Positions 45,201 to 53,123 of a stretch of 64,000 nucleotides of DNA are shown here, piece by piece; within the stretch, counting starts at the first letter, position 1; each line of letters starts with the position of its first letter. The notes under the pieces are model-generated. The model did not search any database and had not been told where the DNA came from. It worked only from the letters and a program-made list of their open reading frames with translations. Position numbers and translations under genes: made by a program. This DNA comes from a virus: IMG/VR virus record IMGVR_UViG_3300026097_000013, positions 56,485-120,484 of that record; one strand, given 5' to 3'.

Positions 45201-45558
45201 AAATCATTTTAATGACGGAAAGTTTACACAAACGCTAAAATTAATTAGACGCTTTGGTCAAGACGACGATGAAACAACAAACAACAAACCGTTTGTTGAA
45301 ACAGCAGCAGAACAAATTAGAGAAAATTTAACTGGTGATGCACAAACCGACAGAGCAACTGCACTTAGTGCAACCGGTAATAATTCGAATGTAGGATATG
45401 AAGCAGGACAAGTCGACCCAGGCTTAGCTGCTGCCGCTGCACTAGCAAGAGCACAAAGCACTACTACTACAGCAGGTGATGATGTAGTATTTTCACAACC
45501 TGTTGTTCCAGCTACTAGTATAAACACTGGAGGTCCTGGATTTAGACCAGGAGATTAA
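42268..45558 (+). CDS. Baseplate hub protein (gp27/P2 gpD-like) with repetitive N- and C-terminal extensions
   Basis: Core motifs NLLREYNTYNY, ISFKVLEPYSMG, PFCLKIEF, MKIWGDP, FSGLFSVRAVENHF..GKFTQTLKLIR. About 280 N-terminal aa of Q/N/G/L amphipathic repeats. Confidence 0.7.
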   Translation: MFNLGNISRTINSGFSQLNTITSNVNSFSSNLNTAINSNLSGVTSQINQFTGGLTSQIDQFTGGLTSQVNNLTGQFQNQINYLIPGFNNASFPLPSPISQLKQQLNGVTQGLNNSLDQALGGINGQFDQAFGDITGSLTGKLNDAIYNVDQLTGSLNANQLLQPLNQNLENLTNQIDAFGDSITDQIGSISGSVQQDFNSALSGATDKITNVLNSNITSAVSNITDQLDAFGGLGSEIENVLDAGISNVEATPNNIISVLGGDAQDILSSAGSIMSTTLGTFFGENGFTGLEQFLNNLGNTDIISGDDALFSQPVGNGNQRQENLLREYNTYNYIITLGILGVDEYNNPSTYRERGGFTKIILKSGGGSLDIRQQVAEEGNDHAEYFIEDLFIDSVITPNSNTGVASGTTISFKVLEPYSMGNFIQAIIAAAAEKNYQNYVDAPFCLKIEFTGWNQYGDTALTNRVPPKFIPIKFTKIDFNVSSGGSVYQVEAVPMSETGLEDGVANVRTTINVNGAFVHEMLLTSNNSVTQAYNDHIASLEDTGILASHDRVLVVFPKNNRSVLEAVEQGNGPTDTVTGAEQLGIDRGSQIPNADQSEELQPDDPDTIPSNESTPERVRPKGQIFTRLEGWATNTENMNEIGTSQLVEDPNAAGDQTQTDQVDSHDATTDVHNRGTVENSVSETSRSLDNAQNENILRLIDRVVLSSQWAREKVDEETGPTGVRNWFKVETRVFLETDPEAEIKNGRPPRYYVYEVLPYFPDEAKFLSNNERPRGTLALMAAAPKEYNYIYTGKNEDIIDFDINFNNAFMQTAFSDFGTNNGGIASTLSDSVRSHFQPAGATRTNRNQGGTNETGGANSLASNVNAEGGALRSGDIRQQIAHMFHQRLLHQTVDMVTAEMKIWGDPFYIPQLTGNWAPPPSSNPMVAQDGSMNYGTHEIFVLFNFQNPVDQQKTGPYYDFPQIVRGFSGLFSVRAVENHFNDGKFTQTLKLIRRFGQDDDETTNNKPFVETAAEQIRENLTGDAQTDRATALSATGNNSNVGYEAGQVDPGLAAAAALARAQSTTTTAGDDVVFSQPVVPATSINTGGPGFRPGD

Positions 45559-45567
45559 GGAAAACAT

Positions 45568-46635
45568 ATGCCGTATCAAGATTTAGATAGCCCAGAAGAA
45601 AATAGTGCAGGCAATATTAATACACCTAGATCTAGTGATCCTAGAGATGAACGATCTAATATTAATGTTAACCTTCCTAGTAATAAAAATCTAAGTTCTG
45701 TAGTTTCACCTACCGCAGTGTCAAAGTCAAGAGTCACTGGCAGTAGTGAAGGATTAAATCCTGTTAGAGGCGAAACAGAATCTGCATATCTTAATAGACA
45801 GCGTCAAACTACTGGAAATCAAAATTTACAATTAAGTATCGATGCAATTAATCGTGTAATTTCTGGTAGAGAACATGTATGGGATGGAAACAATTTTGTA
45901 GATGTTAATAGTGCTACACTTGATCCACGCGGCAGAAATCAAATACCAAGTCAACAAATTCCGCCAACTGAGTTACCAGATCAGCCAGCTGAGCAATCAA
46001 TGACTGCTTCGTCGAATATTGGATATGGTGCAGGACAAATAGATCCTGCCTTAGCGCAAGCAGCTAAGATTCAAGGTGTAGATGTGGGTTTTGGAGAAGG
46101 TCAAGTAGATCCTGCATTAGCAAAAGCAGCAGGACTAATAGACGGACCAGTTCCTATTTCATCACCGTCTAGTACAGAATTAGGAAATATTAATGCACCA
46201 ACTACACCTGCCGGCGGCAGTAGCGGCGGAGGCGGCACAAGTTCGAGAAGTGCTCCGTCGGGTGTTGCTACTCCTACTAGTTTTAATGATAGATATGACT
46301 TTTTAACTAGACAAAAAGTACGTGAAGGAAAGCATGGAGGACAAGGCGGCGGTGCTGGCACAAGCCAGCCATGCGGAGTAGCACCCGGTGCAAGCGGTGG
46401 AGGGTCTAATGGCACAGGCAGTGGTCAATCTGTCCCACCGGCTACAACGTCAACAACAGCAGGTGATGATGTATTATTTTCACAACCAGTAGTTCCAGCT
46501 ACAACGTCAACAACAGCAGGTGATGATGTATTATTTTCACAACCAGTAAATTCAAAGCCTTTGCCTAGACCTGAAACCCAACAAAATAATGACGCAGGTA
46601 TATCTTCAAATCCGTTTGGATCTAATTTTGCTTAG
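45568..46635 (+). CDS. Low-complexity hypothetical protein sharing repeat motifs with the hub C-terminus
   Basis: 355 aa, S/T/G/P-rich; contains G.GAGQ.DP.LA and TTAGDDV.FSQPV motifs; AAGGA RBS. Confidence 0.6.
   Translation: MPYQDLDSPEENSAGNINTPRSSDPRDERSNINVNLPSNKNLSSVVSPTAVSKSRVTGSSEGLNPVRGETESAYLNRQRQTTGNQNLQLSIDAINRVISGREHVWDGNNFVDVNSATLDPRGRNQIPSQQIPPTELPDQPAEQSMTASSNIGYGAGQIDPALAQAAKIQGVDVGFGEGQVDPALAKAAGLIDGPVPISSPSSTELGNINAPTTPAGGSSGGGGTSSRSAPSGVATPTSFNDRYDFLTRQKVREGKHGGQGGGAGTSQPCGVAPGASGGGSNGTGSGQSVPPATTSTTAGDDVLFSQPVVPATTSTTAGDDVLFSQPVNSKPLPRPETQQNNDAGISSNPFGSNFA
46441..46548 (+). repeat. 57-nt coding tandem repeat (two copies) with a degenerate third copy near 45465-45516
   Basis: gctacaacgtcaacaacagcaggtgatgatgtattattttcacaaccagta occurs twice; acagcaggtgatgatgta.tattttcacaacc also occurs in the hub gene. 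Confidence 0.9.
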
Positions 46636-46666
46636 TGTTAAGTACACAATAGAATAGGATTAAAAT

Positions 46667-49102
46667 ATGGCAAGCTCATCGTATACAAGAACACCTATGT
46701 ATGGTACAAAAATAAGAGACGGAGGCCCTTATGAAGCTATCGTAGTGAACCACTTAGATGTTAAGTATATGGGAACACTAGAAGTTGAAATTCTTCGTTA
46801 TACCGGCGCTGGACAAACTCCCGAACGCAGCGGTCAGCTAATAAATGTAAAATATCTTTCTCCGTTTTACGGTGTTACTCCTACAGCAGGATTAACAGCT
46901 ACAGACGGTTATGCTAATACACAAAAAAGCTATGGTTTTTGGGCAGTGCCTCCTGATATAGGAACTAAGGTACTGGTAGTATTTGCTGAAGGAAATCCAA
47001 ACTATGGATACTGGATTGGTTGTGTTCAAGACGAATACATGAATTTTATGTTGCCAGACGGCAGAGCAGCAACTACAAAAACAACTGATATTACTCCAGG
47101 AAATTTAAAGGGTGCAAAACTTCCTGTAGGCGAATACAATAAAAAGTTTGAAGACAGCGGCGAAGTAGATCCTACACTTTTCCTAAAACCTTACAATAAT
47201 GATTTTACACAAGTTTTAGAAATACAAGGTTTAGTTTTTGATGAATCTAGAGGAACAACAACTTCTAGTGCTAGACGAGACATACCTAGTATGGTTTTTG
47301 GAATGAGTACTCCTGGACCTTTAGATAAGCGTCCTGGTGCTCCTAGAGTTGATTTAGGCGCCATTGGTTCAAAAGCTAACCTAGCATACAACAGACTGGG
47401 CGGACATTCGATTGTAATGGACGACGGAGATGATAAATTTGTAAGAGACACACCTGCTGAACTAGGCCCCCCGATCTATAAAAATAGAGAAGCTGGTGAT
47501 TTATCGGGCGATGTTACAATTCCGCAAAATGAACTATTTAGAATTCGTACTAGAACAGGTCATCAAATATTGCTTCATAATTCAGAAGACTTAATCTATA
47601 TAGGCAATAGTCGAGGAACTGCCTGGTTAGAAATGTCTAGTGACGGAAAAATAGATATTCATGCACAAGATAGTGTTAGTATTATGACTGACAATGATCT
47701 CAATATTACTGCTGAACGTGATATTAATATGGAAGCTGGTAGAAACATTAATATGAAAGCTAGTGCAAGATATAGCGAATATGAAGAAACTGATTCTAAA
47801 GGAAACGAAAGCGGCAGAATACAATTTGAATCAGCATACAACTATAATCTGTTGGTAGGTAAAACTGGTAAAATCTTAGTTGGATGTGATTATCATACCA
47901 AAGTTGCACGTAATCAATTTAACACCACAGGCGAATATCATCACATAAGAAGTGGTAAAGACAATAGGTTAACAGCTGGCGCATATACTCATATACTTTC
48001 AGGAAAAGAACATAGAGAAACTGCGGTTTATATTCATATGAACGGTCCCGCCGCTTCACCAGCTGTATTAGCACAAGATGTTATACAATTAGAAACACTA
48101 AATTTACCATATGTATTTCCGAGTATTCCTACACCGGTTGCATATCCAACAATTGTTCCTAGAGCACCTCAACACGAACCTTGGCCGCATCACGAAAATA
48201 TGGATCCTTTGACCTTTAAAAAGGATCAAACTGATAGAGAATCTCCGGGTGGATTAAATGCAGCAGATAGAATTCTTACTCCAGACACATTCTTAAAAAA
48301 CAAAGAAGGACAACAATCTAGTCAATCAGTCCCAGGCAGCGGCGGCGGAATTTCGTCAGGATTTAACAATAGCGGCGGAAGCGCCCCAGGCGGCGGCGCA
48401 GCAACAGGAACAGGACGACCTGGTAATCCAGATGCGACACCTGAAACAAGTGATTTTTCTTTTTCTGGAGATGGCAGACTAGGTGCGTTATCAGAAAGAT
48501 ACGAGTCTCGTGGCGATCCAACTATTATCGGCAATGATCGTACAGGCGGTCCAAGTTATGGTACATATCAAATTGCTACTAGAACAGGTACATTTAATGA
48601 CTACATGAATTATCTCCAGCAAAACGATCCAGCAGTATACCAAGAATTGCAATCTGCAGGCGGTGCCCAGGCAGCTAGACAAGGCACAGCAGCATTTAGA
48701 AATAAATGGCAACAGGTTATGTCTAATCCGCAGGCAGCAGAAACTCAACATCAGTTTATTCAAGCAACACATTATGATCCTGCGGCACGTAGAATTGCAA
48801 ATTCTACAGGAATTAATATTAGTACTAGAAGTAAAACACTAAATGACGTAGTATGGTCTACTTCTGTTCACCAAGGCGCCGGCGGCGCAAATACAGTATT
48901 TCGCCGAGCATTAGAAAGAACAGGTTCTAGTAATCCCTCAGATGAAGCTCTTATTAATGCAATATACGCAGAACGCGGTGCAGAAAATGGTATGCGATAT
49001 TTTCCAAGTAGTACACCAAATGTAAGACAAAGTGTTGTTAATAGATTTAGAAACGAAAATGCTGATGCACTTGCTTCGTTACGTCAAGAGCAGTCAGGAT
49101 AA
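46667..49102 (+). CDS. gp5: Baseplate central spike gp5/VgrG-like with C-terminal muramidase-like domain
   Basis: OB-fold motifs (LEVEIL, SYGFWAVPPDIGTKVLVVFAEG...GYWIG), RIRTRTGHQILL and beta-helix repeats. After a Gly/Ser linker comes LGALSERYESRG...GGPSYGTYQ...VVWSTSVHQG. Confidence 0.85.
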   Translation: MASSSYTRTPMYGTKIRDGGPYEAIVVNHLDVKYMGTLEVEILRYTGAGQTPERSGQLINVKYLSPFYGVTPTAGLTATDGYANTQKSYGFWAVPPDIGTKVLVVFAEGNPNYGYWIGCVQDEYMNFMLPDGRAATTKTTDITPGNLKGAKLPVGEYNKKFEDSGEVDPTLFLKPYNNDFTQVLEIQGLVFDESRGTTTSSARRDIPSMVFGMSTPGPLDKRPGAPRVDLGAIGSKANLAYNRLGGHSIVMDDGDDKFVRDTPAELGPPIYKNREAGDLSGDVTIPQNELFRIRTRTGHQILLHNSEDLIYIGNSRGTAWLEMSSDGKIDIHAQDSVSIMTDNDLNITAERDINMEAGRNINMKASARYSEYEETDSKGNESGRIQFESAYNYNLLVGKTGKILVGCDYHTKVARNQFNTTGEYHHIRSGKDNRLTAGAYTHILSGKEHRETAVYIHMNGPAASPAVLAQDVIQLETLNLPYVFPSIPTPVAYPTIVPRAPQHEPWPHHENMDPLTFKKDQTDRESPGGLNAADRILTPDTFLKNKEGQQSSQSVPGSGGGISSGFNNSGGSAPGGGAATGTGRPGNPDATPETSDFSFSGDGRLGALSERYESRGDPTIIGNDRTGGPSYGTYQIATRTGTFNDYMNYLQQNDPAVYQELQSAGGAQAARQGTAAFRNKWQQVMSNPQAAETQHQFIQATHYDPAARRIANSTGINISTRSKTLNDVVWSTSVHQGAGGANTVFRRALERTGSSNPSDEALINAIYAERGAENGMRYFPSSTPNVRQSVVNRFRNENADALASLRQEQSG

Positions 49103-49110
49103 ATATTACT

Positions 49111-49548
49111 ATGAGTAATTTAGAAAAAAATCTATACAAACGAGTTGCAGTAAAACCTACAAAGTCATCTGCTAAATCCAGCAGAACCTATAGAGGGTTT
49201 TCTACAGTTAGTGCTGAAAATTTAAACTACTCGCTTTACGATTTTGAACTAATAAAACAAAATTTGTTAAATCATTTTCATATTAGGCAAGGTGAAAAAT
49301 TAACTGATCCTACATTTGGAACAATAATTTGGGATATGTTATATGAACCATTTACTGTAGAAGCTCAAGAAGCTATTATTGAAAATGTCACAGAAATTGT
49401 AAACTACGATCCTAGACTGAGTGTTAATAATATTAACGTCAATACGTATGAACAAGGCATTCAAATAGAGTGCGATCTAACTTATATTCCTTATAATATT
49501 TCAGAGTCATTAAAGTTCACGTTTGATCGTGAAAATGGCTTAGTATAA
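49111..49548 (+). CDS. gp25: Baseplate wedge subunit gp25
   Basis: YRGFST, LIKQNLLNHF.IRQGEK...P.FG..IWD.LYEP, VNYDPRL. Confidence 0.9.
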   Translation: MSNLEKNLYKRVAVKPTKSSAKSSRTYRGFSTVSAENLNYSLYDFELIKQNLLNHFHIRQGEKLTDPTFGTIIWDMLYEPFTVEAQEAIIENVTEIVNYDPRLSVNNINVNTYEQGIQIECDLTYIPYNISESLKFTFDRENGLV

Positions 49549-49604
49549 TAATATACGCACATTTTCCTTTCAGATAAATATCATAGTAATCGAGGAACAA
49601 ACAC

Positions 49605-52600
49605 ATGTCGGCAAGTGATAGACAGTCTAGACTCTTAGTAACCGAAGACTGGAAAAGAATTTATCAAACCTTTAGGAACGCAGATTTCCAAAGCTATGAT
49701 TTTGATAATCTAAGACGTACAATGATCAATTATCTGCGTCAAAATTATCCAGAAGATTTTAACGATTACATTGAGTCAAGCGAATATCTTGCACTAATTG
49801 ATATGATTGCTTTCCTCGGGCAAAACTTATCATTCCGTATTGATCTAAACGCACGTGAAAACTTTCTTGAAACAGCAGAACGTAGAGAATCAATTCTCCG
49901 TCTTGCTCGCATGTTGTCTTACAATCCTAAACGTAACCAAGCAGCAAACGGTCTTTTAAAATTAGAAACTATTAAGACTAACGAAGTAATCACAGATAGT
50001 GCAGGAAGAAGTTTAGCTGGTGTTGTGATCAAGTGGAACGATCAAACTAACAGAAATTATTTAGAACAATTTATTCGTATTTTAAATGCAGCACTACCAG
50101 TTAACAATCAAATTGGTTCGCCTTTAAAAACTGAAAATATTGACGGCGTGCAAACGCAGAAATATCGTTTTAATGCTACTAATACAGGAAGTGCTATATT
50201 TCCTTTTTCAAAACTTATTGAAGGTGTTTCTTCTAGATTTGAAGTAGTTAGTACAGATATTCAAGGAGATAAAATCAAAGAAGAGCCACCTGTCCCCGGA
50301 ACTAGTCCTGCGTTTTTATTTAGAGATGACGGTCAAGGGGCCGGATCAAACAATACTGGGTTCTTTATGCACTTCCGTCAAGGTAGATTAGATAACGGTA
50401 CATTTAGTATTGCAAGTCCTACTCCAAATCAAATAGTTAATATTGATGCAGAAAATATCAACGATACTGATGTGTGGGTATATAATATAGATACTAACGG
50501 TATAGAAACTACTCCATGGACAAGACTAGATAGCCTCGAAGGATCTAATATTATCTATAATAGTTTATTTGACAATATTAGAAATGTTTATAATGTAACA
50601 ACGCGAGTAGGCGACAGAATTAACCTAAACTTTAGTGACGGTGTGTTTGGTAATTTACCTAGCGGTAATTTTAAAATATACTACAGAACTAGTCAAAATA
50701 CCAACATGGTTATTACGCCCGGAGCAATGGGCCAAGTATCGATTACAATTCCTTATCAGACCAAAACAGGTCAAATAGCTGAACTTACACTTGGTCTAAG
50801 ATTAAAGTATACGGTGTCTAACGGGTCGCCAACAGAATCAAATACTAGTATTAGACAAAATGCTCCTGCAACTTATTATACACAGAATAGATTAATCACA
50901 GCAGAAGATTACAATCTAGGACCGTTGTCTATAAGTCAAGATGTGGTCAAAACAAAAAGTGTAAACAGAATCTCAAGTGGCATTTCTAAATATTTTGATC
51001 TAAAAGATGTAACTGGAAAATATTCTAATACTAATCTTTTTGCAGACGATGGAATTTTATATAACGAATATTTTGAAACAAGAACAGATTTTAAATTTTC
51101 TAATCAGCGAGATATAGAAGGAATATTATATAATGTTGTTGAGCCTATACTAGGACTAAGCACGGTTAATAATTTCTATCTAGCTAACTTTCCAAAAATT
51201 AGTGTAACCGATCTAAATGCTACATGGAATAGAACAACCGTGAGTACTAATAGAAGTACAGGTACTCTAAAAGAAGTTGACGGATCAAATTATAAATTAG
51301 GATCATTTACAACAAATAGCCTACGTCTTATACAAGCAGACACATTACTTAAATTTTTGCCACCTGAAGGTAACTACTTTTTAGAAGACGGCACACTAAC
51401 TACAGATTCTAGTGCGTTTGGCGCACGTGATTATAAATGGGTTAAAGTAGTTAGTGTTATAGGCGACGGATCAGGAGAAACTGATGTAAATGATATAAGT
51501 CCTGTAGCAATAAATGATAATATTCCAACTGGATCACAACTAGTACAAATAATACCTAAGTATAGTAAGACTTTAGTAAATGATCTTAAAGTACAACTAA
51601 TTGACCAAATGTTTGCTTTTAGAGATTTTGCACTGCGTTTTGATCCTGAAGTTAGCCAATGGAAATTAATTACCGGACAGAATGTTAATACAATCAATAA
51701 CTTTAGTACAGGAAAAGCTGGCGATGCAACAGGTCAGGCTCTTGACTCAAGTTGGATTTTGTATTTTAAAACAGATGGTACAAAATATACTATTACTCAT
51801 AGAAATTTAAGATACATTTTTGAAAGTGCAAATGATATTAGATTCTTCTTTGATAGCAGTGACAAAATATATGACTCGAAAACAGGGCAAATTATTAGAG
51901 ATAAAATTGATATTCTAAGTATCAACAGACGTTTAGATAACAATCAACCATTTACTCAAAACTTTACTTGGAATATCTCAGATGCATATAGAGATAGTGA
52001 AGGATATACAGATACTAGGAAAATACAGGTTAGATTTTTTGATTTAAACGACGATGGCGTATATGACGATCCGGAAATATTTACAACTCTAGTAAGGCCT
52101 ACTGAAGATCCAAAAACAAAATTAGTATTCCAAAAAAGATATGTTACTAGTGACGGAGTTGAAGATTTTAAATATTATGATAACTCTGACAACACAATAA
52201 TTGTTGTACAAAACGAATCTGAAATAACACCTTCTAATCCTGGTTGGGTAGAAGGACAAGTTTTTTATCTTATAGATGAAGGCGTTTTCAAAACACTTAA
52301 TATATCAAGAAACAACAAAACAATTAATACAAACTGGAAAGCATTTACAGGTAGAGATAAATTAAAGTTCCAGTATGTGCATGTTGCAGATAGCAATTAT
52401 AGAATTGATCCTGCTGCAAGTAATATTATTGACACTTATATACTTTCTAAAAACTATGACACTGAAATACGCAAATGGATTACTGGCGGCAGACCAACTA
52501 AACCATTCCCGCCAAGTTCGGATCAAATTTTTAGAGAATACGGAGATTCAATTAATTCAATTAAATCAATAAGCGACGAAGTTGTTTACCATCCAGTTAA

Positions 52601-53123
52601 GTATAAAATATTGTTTGGCACAAAGGCAGCAGAAGACTTGCAGGTTAAATTTAAAATTGTTAGAAACAAAAACTTAGTTATAAATGATAATGAATTAAAA
52701 GCAGATATCATAACTGCTATTGAAAAATTCTTTGCAATTGAAAACTGGGACTTTGGCGAAACATTTTACTTCCAAGAATTGAGTGCATACATACAAAACG
52801 ATCTAGCACCAAAACTACAAAGTGTAGTAATTGTTCCTAGAAAAGGCACACAGGCTTTTGGTAGTTTATTTGAAATTAAATCAGAAGCAGATGAAATTTT
52901 CCTCAGTGGCGCAACGGTATCAGATATTGAAATTATTGATGAAATCACAGCAACAGAACTTCAAGCATCAGGCGATGTTATTACAAGTGTAACCACAGCA
53001 GTTACATCAGGTATATCTAGTGCGCCAGCAGCATCTACATATTCTTCTTCAACAAGTAATACATCGACTAGTACAACAACTAACACAACAAATAATACAA
53101 GTAGCGGAGGCTATAGTTACTAA
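49605..53123 (+). CDS. gp6: Baseplate wedge subunit gp6-like
   Basis: DFDNLR..MINYL, LIDMIAF, ENFLETAERRESILRLARMLSYNPKR, NRLITAEDY; Ser/Thr-rich tail. Confidence 0.85.
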   Translation: MSASDRQSRLLVTEDWKRIYQTFRNADFQSYDFDNLRRTMINYLRQNYPEDFNDYIESSEYLALIDMIAFLGQNLSFRIDLNARENFLETAERRESILRLARMLSYNPKRNQAANGLLKLETIKTNEVITDSAGRSLAGVVIKWNDQTNRNYLEQFIRILNAALPVNNQIGSPLKTENIDGVQTQKYRFNATNTGSAIFPFSKLIEGVSSRFEVVSTDIQGDKIKEEPPVPGTSPAFLFRDDGQGAGSNNTGFFMHFRQGRLDNGTFSIASPTPNQIVNIDAENINDTDVWVYNIDTNGIETTPWTRLDSLEGSNIIYNSLFDNIRNVYNVTTRVGDRINLNFSDGVFGNLPSGNFKIYYRTSQNTNMVITPGAMGQVSITIPYQTKTGQIAELTLGLRLKYTVSNGSPTESNTSIRQNAPATYYTQNRLITAEDYNLGPLSISQDVVKTKSVNRISSGISKYFDLKDVTGKYSNTNLFADDGILYNEYFETRTDFKFSNQRDIEGILYNVVEPILGLSTVNNFYLANFPKISVTDLNATWNRTTVSTNRSTGTLKEVDGSNYKLGSFTTNSLRLIQADTLLKFLPPEGNYFLEDGTLTTDSSAFGARDYKWVKVVSVIGDGSGETDVNDISPVAINDNIPTGSQLVQIIPKYSKTLVNDLKVQLIDQMFAFRDFALRFDPEVSQWKLITGQNVNTINNFSTGKAGDATGQALDSSWILYFKTDGTKYTITHRNLRYIFESANDIRFFFDSSDKIYDSKTGQIIRDKIDILSINRRLDNNQPFTQNFTWNISDAYRDSEGYTDTRKIQVRFFDLNDDGVYDDPEIFTTLVRPTEDPKTKLVFQKRYVTSDGVEDFKYYDNSDNTIIVVQNESEITPSNPGWVEGQVFYLIDEGVFKTLNISRNNKTINTNWKAFTGRDKLKFQYVHVADSNYRIDPAASNIIDTYILSKNYDTEIRKWITGGRPTKPFPPSSDQIFREYGDSINSIKSISDEVVYHPVKYKILFGTKAAEDLQVKFKIVRNKNLVINDNELKADIITAIEKFFAIENWDFGETFYFQELSAYIQNDLAPKLQSVVIVPRKGTQAFGSLFEIKSEADEIFLSGATVSDIEIIDEITATELQASGDVITSVTTAVTSGISSAPAASTYSSSTSNTSTSTTTNTTNNTSSGGYSY

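Noticed and set aside
45465-46548. 57-nt repeats as a CRISPR array
   Set aside because: The units are in-frame coding repeats without unique spacers, and there are no cas genes.
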